Assembly: GCA_965140705.1 (NCBI GenBank)
Contig: OZ223300.1
Coordinates: 1,792,001-1,856,000 of the forward strand
DNA: 64,000 bases
Direction: 5' to 3'
From: an uncultured Arcobacter sp.
GTDB taxonomy: Bacteria > Campylobacterota > Campylobacteria > Campylobacterales > Arcobacteraceae
Below, in pieces: positions 9,484 to 18,094 of the stretch (position 1 is the first letter of the stretch; every line of letters begins with the position of its first letter). The position numbers were made by a program, and so were the translations under genes. Below the pieces are notes generated by a model. That model was not told the origin of the DNA. It saw nothing but the letters and a program-made list of their open reading frames with translations, and did not search any database.

Positions 9484-11577
9484 TTATTTAATTTTTTTCC
9501 AAATACTCATTTGAGAAATTGTATGTTGATGTTTTCTTGACGTCTCTTTTATCACAAAAGGTACATCTATCGTATCAAGCAATTCAAATCTATCACTTAG
9601 GTTTTCTTTTAAAGTATCTAAAGTTTTTACTTCTTTATTATCTCTTACAAATCCACCTAACCAGTTCTGTTTTGGAGTATAATCTTCAAGCCAAGTATAT
9701 GGACTCAAGATTACTAAAAGACCATCTTTATTTACCCTATTTGGAATATCATCTAAAAACTTTTGAGGATAATATAATCTATCAATCAAGTTTGAACAAA
9801 ATATCAAATCATAGGCTGTATACATATCTTTTAAATTACAAGCATCGCCTTGCATAAAAGTAACTCTCTCTTTTATCTCTTCAAGTCCAAAGTCATCTAA
9901 AGCAACAGTCTTTTCTTCGTATAATTCACCCTCTGTTGCAACTTTATAGGTCAAACTATCATACTTTTTCAGTTTTATTCCAACACTTATAAAGTTAGCA
10001 CTAAAGTCTATCCCTAATACCTCATCAAATATTTTTCCTAGCTCAAATGAACTTCTTCCTACACTACAACCTAAATCAAGCGCTTTTTCTTTTTTTACAT
10101 CTTCTAAATATGGTTTTAATACTTCAACAGAATTTTTAGGGAAGTTTTTAACTCCATAAATCTCTTCACCGTAATGGAATTCACAATATTGAGAGATCTG
10201 CTCATCTGTTTCATATACATTATCATTTAGTTTAGTTCTATATTCATTATCACTTTTTACATATCTAAATCCAGCATGTTGGAAGAAGTGCTTTCTAAAA
10301 GCATACCTTGCACTTCTTAAAGTCTCATTTCCTAAACTTATAAATGAACCACCTTTTATAAGGGCATGTCTATCATCAAAAGTAGGAGTTGTAAAGTCAT
10401 CATATACAGGATGAGTTTCAAATCCATCAAGTGGATACATAGGAGTTATACTCCATTGCCATACATTTCCAATCACGTCATAAAAATCACCCATAGGGTA
10501 TTTATCTACTGGTGTTTGATTAAAATACTTTAATCCTATATTTGCATCACACTCTTGGGCTTTAACATAATCATTTAATCTATAATACTCATCTTCACTT
10601 GGAAGTCTTACTTCAAAGCCAAGTTTTTCACTTTTATATTTACAAAAAGCTTCTGCTTCATATACATTTATATCAACTGGATAATTTAAAGGTAAAGGAA
10701 CTACTCTATTTATCTCTCTTAAATAATACTTATCACCATCTTTTAACCAAAAAGTAGGCATTTTAGTTTGTGTAAAGTCTAACCACTTCAATCCATCTTT
10801 ACTAAAGTAATGTAGTTTATTATAACCACCCTCTTTTACAAACTCCAAAAACTCTCCATTTGATACTAGATACTTACTAGCTTCAAAATCTTTTATACTC
10901 GCTCTATGAAAAGCAAACTCATTATCCCAACCATAGAAGTTTGGCTTTTTATGGTCTTTTTGAAGTATAACTTCTCCACCTTCTACTTTTACTAATTCAT
11001 TTTGTGGATAAGTTTGGCTTCTTTCATTGTTATATTCAAATAATTCATCTTCTTTAAAATATTTTATGTCAAGTTCTCTTAATAATACAGATGATGTTTC
11101 TATATGGATATTTTCATGCTCTATTCCCATAAGTATAACCCACATAGGAGAATTCCAATTTATAGGTATAGAAAACTCAATACTATCAATAATATCTAAT
11201 ACTAAAGTCTTTACCTCATCTCTATATGCTTTTGTCTCTTCATATGTTGGCCATTGATAATTCTCATCATTTAAATCATCCCAACTCATTTCATCAACAC
11301 CAATTGCAAATAGAGACTCAAGTGTTTTATTTACTCTTTTAGTTGTTATATTTGAAACATTTAATTTATTCATAAAAAATGTAGCTGTATGTCCAAAATA
11401 AAATATTAAAGGATGTCTTAACCTATTTGGTTGTTCAAGTATATGTTTCTTATCTTCTAATAAATCAAAAAGTTTTTCATCTAACTCATAAGTTCTTAAA
11501 AAATATTCTCTTATCTCTTCTCTTTTTTCTTCAACTGTTCCGTTATTTAAATCTATCGTTTTCCAATTATAATTCAT
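9484..11577 (-). CDS. ovoA: 5-histidylcysteine sulfoxide synthase/methyltransferase (ovothiol biosynthesis)
   Basis: DinB-like N-terminus (HPLIFYFGH, iron motif HENIHIE = HX3HXE), FGE-sulfatase domain (GNVWQW, HPVYDDFT, RYAFRKHFFQHAGFR) and a C-terminal SAM methyltransferase (DLGCSVGR, QGDACNL, SPYTW). Confidence 0.93.
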   Translation of the reverse strand: MNYNWKTIDLNNGTVEEKREEIREYFLRTYELDEKLFDLLEDKKHILEQPNRLRHPLIFYFGHTATFFMNKLNVSNITTKRVNKTLESLFAIGVDEMSWDDLNDENYQWPTYEETKAYRDEVKTLVLDIIDSIEFSIPINWNSPMWVILMGIEHENIHIETSSVLLRELDIKYFKEDELFEYNNERSQTYPQNELVKVEGGEVILQKDHKKPNFYGWDNEFAFHRASIKDFEASKYLVSNGEFLEFVKEGGYNKLHYFSKDGLKWLDFTQTKMPTFWLKDGDKYYLREINRVVPLPLNYPVDINVYEAEAFCKYKSEKLGFEVRLPSEDEYYRLNDYVKAQECDANIGLKYFNQTPVDKYPMGDFYDVIGNVWQWSITPMYPLDGFETHPVYDDFTTPTFDDRHALIKGGSFISLGNETLRSARYAFRKHFFQHAGFRYVKSDNEYRTKLNDNVYETDEQISQYCEFHYGEEIYGVKNFPKNSVEVLKPYLEDVKKEKALDLGCSVGRSSFELGKIFDEVLGIDFSANFISVGIKLKKYDSLTYKVATEGELYEEKTVALDDFGLEEIKERVTFMQGDACNLKDMYTAYDLIFCSNLIDRLYYPQKFLDDIPNRVNKDGLLVILSPYTWLEDYTPKQNWLGGFVRDNKEVKTLDTLKENLSDRFELLDTIDVPFVIKETSRKHQHTISQMSIWKKIK

Positions 11578-11665
11578 ATCTACCCCAAATTTTTCTATCT
11601 TGTTATTCTATTTATATTTATTGTACATTTGTATACATATAAAGACATCTCATACTTTGTTAATA

Positions 11666-12736
11666 TTACTCTTCAATAATATCTGAAAGTTTTTTAGCCA
11701 ATTCTAAAATCTCTTCTTTTTCATTTAAGCCATCAATAAATCTTTGTGGAATATTTTTCAAGCCAACTTGTGCACCAACTAAGGCACCAGTTAATATTGA
11801 TCTAGCTTGATTTTGTCCTCCACCATTAAGTGCATGTAATATTGCACTTTCAAAATCATCATTAAATCTTGCCGATAAATAGTAACATGCTGGTAACATA
11901 TGATAAATAGCACATGGCATTCCATATACTAAAGATACTTTCCAAGCTGGCTCTATCTTTATATCTTTGTCATTTGCTGCTTGTGCCATAAAAGATGGAG
12001 ATAATAAAGCATCAGGAGAAGCAAATAAGCCTATATTTGATGGATCTTTAGCACCATCTTTTGGTGGCTTTAAATTATCTGAAGTAACTGCATGAAAAGG
12101 TAATTCACCTTTTTTGACTAGTTTCATTAATTTTGTAGATATATCTTTATCTAGCTTTTCACCTTGAATTAATTGAGCCAATACTGCCCCATATGCAACA
12201 GTCATTGAACCCACGATATCATCAACTTGTGTTAAAAAAGTATTATGGGAAATACTTTTTGCTAACTCTTTTGTATTTAGTGCATATAATACAGCAAGAG
12301 CTAAAGTTCTCTCTATAGCTTCAGTTGTATCTGCTCTACTTCCCACTTTATCCCATGGTAATTTTTGCTCTACTCTTTGTCTATATACTTCTCTAATAGA
12401 TTGTGAAGTATAACCTCCAGGTCCATGTGTTGGAATACCATCTATTTTTGTAAATAAATCCTCATCTAATTTTTTGCAAAAATCTTCTTGATTGTAAGCT
12501 TTATTTTCTATAAGGGATTTAATCATAAGTTTTAGTATATATCCTGACTGGGATTGATTACCTTTTTCTTCATGTTCATGGTATCTTCCCTTTTTAGGAG
12601 TTGTATATGTTGTAATCCATTCACCATAATCTTTATGTTGTTCGTCTAAATCATAATACCAATGTGGGCCTAATGCAATTGCATCACCAATAAATGCTCC
12701 TACTATGGCACCTTGTGCTCTATCTTTTAAGTTCAT
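11666..12736 (-). CDS. ADP-ribosylglycohydrolase-family protein (atypical active site)
   Basis: GAFIGDAIALGPHWYYD N-terminus and C-terminal GGQNQARSILTGALVGA..G..IP. Confidence 0.85.
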   Translation of the reverse strand: MNLKDRAQGAIVGAFIGDAIALGPHWYYDLDEQHKDYGEWITTYTTPKKGRYHEHEEKGNQSQSGYILKLMIKSLIENKAYNQEDFCKKLDEDLFTKIDGIPTHGPGGYTSQSIREVYRQRVEQKLPWDKVGSRADTTEAIERTLALAVLYALNTKELAKSISHNTFLTQVDDIVGSMTVAYGAVLAQLIQGEKLDKDISTKLMKLVKKGELPFHAVTSDNLKPPKDGAKDPSNIGLFASPDALLSPSFMAQAANDKDIKIEPAWKVSLVYGMPCAIYHMLPACYYLSARFNDDFESAILHALNGGGQNQARSILTGALVGAQVGLKNIPQRFIDGLNEKEEILELAKKLSDIIEE

Positions 12737-12750
12737 ATATATCCTTTATT

Positions 12751-12806
12751 TACTACTAATTAGTAATTTATTTTAGAATTATACTACTAACTAGTATTAA
12801 AGTCAA
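12751..12806 (-). promoter_or_regulatory. Sigma70 promoter TTGACT-17-TATAAT with two TACTA-N2-TAGTA palindromic operators
   Basis: -35 is plus-strand AGTCAA at 12801-12806 and -10 is ATTATA at 12778-12783, with a 17-nt spacer. Palindromes lie at 12785-12796 and 12754-12765. Confidence 0.65.
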
Positions 12807-12807
12807 G

Positions 12808-13287
12808 TTATATTAATAACTCTTTTGAAAGTATAACTCCATCCATATCAGCATAAACAATATCACCTTGAGAAAAATTAATACCACAAAAAGAGACATC
12901 AACACCTAATTCACCTTTTGTTTCAATAGCATATTTTCTACTACAAGTTCCCCTTGCAAATAATATTAAGTCCATATCTTTTGTAAAAAAAGTATCTCTA
13001 ACATAACCATTTACAATTAAGCCCTCATAGTTATTATCAACTGCAAATTTTGCAAGGTTATCTCCTACTACTGCAAAATACTCATCTTCCACATCTACTA
13101 CAACTATTTTACCAGTACCATCTACGTCTTTTAACAAATTTTTAAGATCTGTATTATTTCTATCAAGCTTTATAGTTACTACTTCTCCATAGGCCTTTTG
13201 TTTTCCGCCATAATTTTTAAACTCATTATCTAATACATATACTTTATCTGGGTGTGCATCACTTATATCTGCTGTAAAAAAATCCAT
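12808..13287 (-). CDS. rraA: RraA family protein (putative HMG aldolase/oxaloacetate decarboxylase-like)
   Basis: TADISD, GKIVVVD, AVVGDNLA, GYVRD, GDIVYADMDGV. Confidence 0.85.
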   Translation of the reverse strand: MDFFTADISDAHPDKVYVLDNEFKNYGGKQKAYGEVVTIKLDRNNTDLKNLLKDVDGTGKIVVVDVEDEYFAVVGDNLAKFAVDNNYEGLIVNGYVRDTFFTKDMDLILFARGTCSRKYAIETKGELGVDVSFCGINFSQGDIVYADMDGVILSKELLI

Positions 13288-13299
13288 TTATTTTCCTTT

Positions 13300-14322
13300 T
13301 TATAATTTATTTTTAAAAAACTCTTTGAAAGCTTCTATTACATAATCAATATCTTCACTTGTAACATCTCTATGAGTTACAAGTCTTAACTCATCATAAG
13401 TTCCTGATATATTTATACCTTTATTTTTTAAATAATTTATTAATAAATCTACATTAGTATCTTTTAATTCAATAAATACCATATTTGTATCATTTGATAA
13501 GATTTTTATTTGATTAATCTTTTCTAATTCTAAAGCTAGTTTTTTTGCATTTTGATGATCGATTTGTAAATCTTTTATATTATTATCTAAGGCATAAGAA
13601 CATGCAGCTGCTAAATAACCAGATTGTCTAAGTCCACCTCCTAGCATCTTTCTATATCTTCTAGCTTTATTTATAAACTCTTTACTCCCAACTAATACAG
13701 AACCTACAGGAGCACCTAAACCTTTTGAGATACATATTGACATAGAATCAAAACAAGCACTTATATCTTTAATATCTATACCTAAATCAACAACTGCATT
13801 AAAAACCCTTGCTCCATCAAGATGTAATAAAAGATTTTTATCATGTGTAAATTTTCTTGCTTCTTGCAAATATGAAAGTGGCAAAACTTTTCCATTATGG
13901 GTATTTTCCAAACACAAAAGTTTAGTCATAGCAAAGTGAAAATCATCAGGTTTTATTTTTTTATTTACCTTATTTAAATCCAAAATTCCATCTATTTCAA
14001 ACTCTATTGGTTGAGCAACTATTCCACCAAGAACTGATGAACCTCCTCCTTCATACTTAAAGATATGGGAGTCTTGTCCACAAATATACTCTTCACCCCT
14101 TTGACAATGGGAGAGCATCGCTAATAAATTTGCTTGGGTACCACTTGTAGCAAATAAGGCTGATTCTTTATTTGTAAGTCTTGCTACTTTTTCTTCAAGT
14201 GCATTTACACTTGGATCTTCACCATATACATCATCTCCAATTTGTGCATTAAACATATAATCTTTCATCTGCTTTGAGGGCATTGTAAAGGTATCACTTC
14301 TAAGTTCTATTATTTTATTCAT
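13300..14322 (-). CDS. ltaE: Low-specificity L-threonine aldolase (PLP-dependent)
   Basis: ELRSDT, GDDVYGEDP, SGTQANL, LENTHNG, HLDGAR, SKGLGAPVGS. ATG at 14322 preferred because of the upstream AAGGTG RBS. Confidence 0.93.
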   Translation of the reverse strand: MNKIIELRSDTFTMPSKQMKDYMFNAQIGDDVYGEDPSVNALEEKVARLTNKESALFATSGTQANLLAMLSHCQRGEEYICGQDSHIFKYEGGGSSVLGGIVAQPIEFEIDGILDLNKVNKKIKPDDFHFAMTKLLCLENTHNGKVLPLSYLQEARKFTHDKNLLLHLDGARVFNAVVDLGIDIKDISACFDSMSICISKGLGAPVGSVLVGSKEFINKARRYRKMLGGGLRQSGYLAAACSYALDNNIKDLQIDHQNAKKLALELEKINQIKILSNDTNMVFIELKDTNVDLLINYLKNKGINISGTYDELRLVTHRDVTSEDIDYVIEAFKEFFKNKL

Positions 14323-14333
14323 TTTGCACCTTT

Positions 14334-15026
14334 TTAAAACCACTGTATAATTTTCTCTTTTACCTCTTTTGTTCTTTCAAGTGGTAACATATGTGTTTGA
14401 GCTTCTATTTGTGTAACTTCAATATTTTTTGCTTTTAAAGAGAAGTTTTCCATAAATTTTGAACTAACAAGTCTATCTTCATTGGCATATAAAAAAGCTA
14501 AATTCAAATCACTATTTATAAGTTTTTCGCTTAAATCTTCTCTTATTATTGTGGCATTAAATTGAGAATAAAAAGCTTCTTCTCCCACATCTATATACAT
14601 TTGAAGTATTAAATTTATTAGTTCTTCATCATCTTGATTTTTTGGCTCCACTAAACTTAAAACTTTTTTTCTACTAAGACCTTTAAAGCCAAACTTTTTA
14701 GTTAGTTTAATAGTCTCTCTTCTTCTTTGACACTCTTCTTCATTTAAATTTGCAGGACTACAAGCAACTGCTAAAATTTTATTTATTCTATGTGGATACT
14801 TTAAACCAAAATAACATGAAATATAACCCCCAAGAGAAAACCCTAAAAGATTTATTTTATCATCTTTTATTTTATCATTTAGCACTTCTACTATTTCATC
14901 AAAACTATCTTTTTGTGGAATCTCAAGATGAATAAATTCATAAGTATCATCAAAAAGAGGAATTAACCTACTCCAAAGTTTCTCATCATTCATAAAGCCT
15001 GGTATTAAATATATTTTTCTTTTCAT
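14334..15026 (-). CDS. Alpha/beta-fold hydrolase
   Basis: LIPGF oxyanion segment, GFSLG nucleophile elbow, ED acid and HMLPLE His. ATG at 15026; a GTG at 15035 is possible. Confidence 0.88.
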   Translation of the reverse strand: MKRKIYLIPGFMNDEKLWSRLIPLFDDTYEFIHLEIPQKDSFDEIVEVLNDKIKDDKINLLGFSLGGYISCYFGLKYPHRINKILAVACSPANLNEEECQRRRETIKLTKKFGFKGLSRKKVLSLVEPKNQDDEELINLILQMYIDVGEEAFYSQFNATIIREDLSEKLINSDLNLAFLYANEDRLVSSKFMENFSLKAKNIEVTQIEAQTHMLPLERTKEVKEKIIQWF

Positions 15027-15125
15027 AATATTCACTTATATTTTTGATTTATTTTATCTAATAAAAGTTTTACATACTTTTAGATATTCTAATGCCCTTT
15101 ATAAAATGAACAAATAGGCAATTAA

Positions 15126-15536
15126 ATGAAAGTAGTAACAGGCGTTGTAGGAAACGATATACACGTTGTAGCAAATAGATTAATTGAACTCTCATTACAA
15201 GCAAGGGGATTTGAGGTATTTAACCTTGGAGTTAATACTTATTTAGAAGAATTCTTTGATGCTGTAGTAGAAACAAATGCAGATGTACTTTTAATCTCTT
15301 CTTTAAACGGTGAAGCAGAAGGTTGGTGTAGAGAAGTAAAGATACTAAAATCAAAATATAAAAACTTAGATAATGTAGTTTTTATGATTGGTGGAAACTT
15401 AGTAGTTGGAACAGGTGATGCTTCAATTATCGTGCCAAAATTCAAAAACTACGGGTTTGATTTGGTATTTCATCAAGTGGATTTAAATACAGGGCTTGAT
15501 GAATTAGAAAAATATTTAAAAACGAGAGAATCATGA
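15126..15536 (+). CDS. glmS: Glutamate/methylaspartate mutase S (cobalamin-binding) subunit
   Basis: DIHVVAN (a DxHxxG variant), ISSLNG and IGGNLVVG; ATGA-coupled to the E subunit. This is the mutase glmS/mamA, not glucosamine synthase. Confidence 0.9.
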   Translation: MKVVTGVVGNDIHVVANRLIELSLQARGFEVFNLGVNTYLEEFFDAVVETNADVLLISSLNGEAEGWCREVKILKSKYKNLDNVVFMIGGNLVVGTGDASIIVPKFKNYGFDLVFHQVDLNTGLDELEKYLKTRES

Positions 15537-16897
15537 GTTTATTACAAGAAGAACGAGAGATAATTTTAAGTAATGAATATGTGGAACATTTTGACTTCGC
15601 TGAAGTTGAAGAGTTTGTAAAAAATGCTTCAAAAGATCTATTTATTTCACATAATTTTAGAACAAAAAATAAAATGCTAGTACAACCACGTGGTGGTTTT
15701 CCTACATATAACAAAATGTATGCACTTTATGAATTCTTCGTAAATGCAAATGTGGATGTCTTGCCTTGTACTATTGATTCTAATACTAGATTAAATGACT
15801 ATGCAACATCTAAAAAGATGCTAAGACTTTCAGAAGAGAGTGAAGTTGATATGCTAAATGGTTATCCATTAGTTAATCATGGATATAGAACTACTAGAAA
15901 AATGATTACTCATTTTAACAAGCCTGTATCACTTAGACATGGAACACCAGATGCTAGACTTCTAATTGAAACAGCTATTGCTTCAGGTATTTTTGAAATA
16001 GAGGGTGGACCAATAACTTACCTTTTACCCTACTCTAAAAACTTTCCATTAGATAAAGCCTTTTTATATTGGAAATATGTTGAAAGGGTTTGTGCTAAAT
16101 ATTCAACACTGAATGAACCAATAAATAGAGAATCATTTGGACCACTAACGGCAACCTTAGTTCCTCCATGTATTACTATTGTAATTCAACTACTTGAAAT
16201 GATTTTATCTCTTGAAGAAGGAGTTAAATCATTTTCTGTATCTTTTTCTCAAAGTGGAAGTGTAAACCAAGATATTGTAACTGGTGCAGTTCTAAGAAAA
16301 CTTGCAAAACATTATGCCAATGAGATTGGATGTGGAGATGCTGAGGTTCATTTAGTATATCACCAATGGATGGGTGCTTTCCCTATGGATCAAAACTTCT
16401 CATCACAACTTATCTCTTTGTCAACTGCAATTGCAGCTATGGTTGGTGCTGATAAGATTATTACAAAAACAAAAGAAGAGGCTTCTGGAATTCCTACAAA
16501 AGAAGCAAATGCAGAAACCGTTGCAAATACACAATATCTTCTAAGAATACTAAATGGTCTTCCAAATGTAGTAGACCAAGAAGAAGAAGAAAATCTAACA
16601 GCTGAAGTTATGGCTATTATGGAAGCAGTATTTAATGATAGTGCTGATACTTTATGGAGAAAAGTTTTTAATAGTATCAAAAATGGAATAATAGATGTAC
16701 CATTTTCTCCACATATTATAAATCATAATGAAATGATTACAATAAGAGATAAAAACAAAAATATTAGAATCATGGAAAGAGGAAATGTTCCAATTCCTGA
16801 TCGTTGTTTTGAATATGAGAAATCAAAATGTGATTTAAAAAAAGATACTACATCTATAGTAAATGATATTATCCATGATATAGGAATTATGCAATGA
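15533..16897 (+). CDS. glmE: Glutamate/methylaspartate mutase E (catalytic) subunit
   Basis: QPRGG, TIDSNTR, LNGYPLVNHG, RHGTPDAR, EGGPITYLLPY, INRESFGPLT and HQWMGAFP match GlmE/MutE conserved segments. Confidence 0.92.
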   Translation: MSLLQEEREIILSNEYVEHFDFAEVEEFVKNASKDLFISHNFRTKNKMLVQPRGGFPTYNKMYALYEFFVNANVDVLPCTIDSNTRLNDYATSKKMLRLSEESEVDMLNGYPLVNHGYRTTRKMITHFNKPVSLRHGTPDARLLIETAIASGIFEIEGGPITYLLPYSKNFPLDKAFLYWKYVERVCAKYSTLNEPINRESFGPLTATLVPPCITIVIQLLEMILSLEEGVKSFSVSFSQSGSVNQDIVTGAVLRKLAKHYANEIGCGDAEVHLVYHQWMGAFPMDQNFSSQLISLSTAIAAMVGADKIITKTKEEASGIPTKEANAETVANTQYLLRILNGLPNVVDQEEEENLTAEVMAIMEAVFNDSADTLWRKVFNSIKNGIIDVPFSPHIINHNEMITIRDKNKNIRIMERGNVPIPDRCFEYEKSKCDLKKDTTSIVNDIIHDIGIMQ

Positions 16898-18084
16898 GCC
16901 AATTAAATAACAAACTACTAATAGATGTAGGAAGTACTTATTTTAAAGTTAGTTCATCAAAAGGTGTTGAACAACACTTTAGAGACTTCAATAAAGATAT
17001 ATACGATGACTTAACATATAAGTGTGGAGAAACAATTAAAACATACGAAAAAGAGAATGTTTATATTTGTTCATCTGCAAATGGAGGGCTTAGTACACTC
17101 ATCATTGGTGTTACAAACTCTTTTTCACTTAAATATGCAACAAATATTGCCTTTAATTCTGGAATAAATATTATTGATACTGTTTTATACCAAGATATAG
17201 AAACATCTTCAATTCCAAGTGATTTAATAGATGTTGTTATTGTTGTAGGTGGAATAGATTCTGTTTCAAATATCTTTGGAAAAGAGTTATTTGATTATTT
17301 GGATAAAATCTCTTACTCAAATATTGTATATGTAGGAAGTAATAAGGATAGTGAAAATCTACAAAAAAATATAAAAAACCTAGTTGTTTTACCAAATGTA
17401 ATTGATGATAAACTGCATATTGTAGAAGAGCACTTAAAAGAGTATTTAACAAACCTTTATCAAGCAGATATTATGGGTAAAGAGGATATCAAAAATCTTT
17501 ATGAAATAACATCGAATCAAATATACTCTACTCCATATATAGTAAATAAAACTTTGCCATTTATTACAACAAAATTCTCAGTTGTTGATCCTTATATTCT
17601 TATAGATATTGGAGGAGCAACTACTGATATTCATTACTCTAAAGACTTAGTTGATGATAATTTAGTTACTACAAATGAGTATGATAGACTTGTATTTAAA
17701 AAACTTGGAGTTTTTAAATCAAAAGAGTCATTAATCTTTAGTGCAAAAAACAATGAGTTTGTATATGAGCTATTATCACACTTAAAAGTTACAGAAAATA
17801 TTTTTGAAGAACAAAGTGAAAAGGCTTTGAGAATATTAATGCAACTTGCGATATTCTTAGTTTTATGTAAAGTATCACATTATAGAAAAGCTTATGTAAA
17901 CTTAAAACTATTATCATTAAATAGTCTAGTTTTAACAGGTGGTATAACAAAAGTTTTATCACAAGAAGAGATTGAAGATATCATCTCATTTTTTTATAAA
18001 AAAATTCTAAATTCAAACCATAACCCAAGTGTTGTAATGGATTCAAATTACGACATTTGGACTCTTGGTTTAACTCAAAAATAA
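16894..18084 (+). CDS. glmL: Glutamate mutase L (ASKHA-fold reactivation factor)
   Basis: IDVGST, CSSANGGL and DIGGATTDIH; ATGA-coupled to glmE. Confidence 0.88.
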   Translation: MSQLNNKLLIDVGSTYFKVSSSKGVEQHFRDFNKDIYDDLTYKCGETIKTYEKENVYICSSANGGLSTLIIGVTNSFSLKYATNIAFNSGINIIDTVLYQDIETSSIPSDLIDVVIVVGGIDSVSNIFGKELFDYLDKISYSNIVYVGSNKDSENLQKNIKNLVVLPNVIDDKLHIVEEHLKEYLTNLYQADIMGKEDIKNLYEITSNQIYSTPYIVNKTLPFITTKFSVVDPYILIDIGGATTDIHYSKDLVDDNLVTTNEYDRLVFKKLGVFKSKESLIFSAKNNEFVYELLSHLKVTENIFEEQSEKALRILMQLAIFLVLCKVSHYRKAYVNLKLLSLNSLVLTGGITKVLSQEEIEDIISFFYKKILNSNHNPSVVMDSNYDIWTLGLTQK

Positions 18085-18094
18085 AGGATATAAG

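Noticed and set aside
9484..11577. Selenium-specific synthase (SenA/OvsA) or EgtB instead of OvoA
   Set aside because: The fused C-terminal methyltransferase and retained Tyr in HPVYDDF fit OvoA, and there are no selD/senB-like neighbours.
11620..11640. TGTACA/TGTATACA palindromes upstream of ovoA
   Set aside because: Too short to support an operator call without comparative data.
15036..15125. Possible cobalamin riboswitch ahead of the glutamate mutase operon
   Set aside because: The spacer is only about 90 nt, very AT-rich, and has no B12-box-like sequence.
16894..18084. Reading the L subunit as DNA mismatch repair MutL
   Set aside because: The motifs are ASKHA-type (DxGST, DIGGATTD), not GHKL; only the name is shared.
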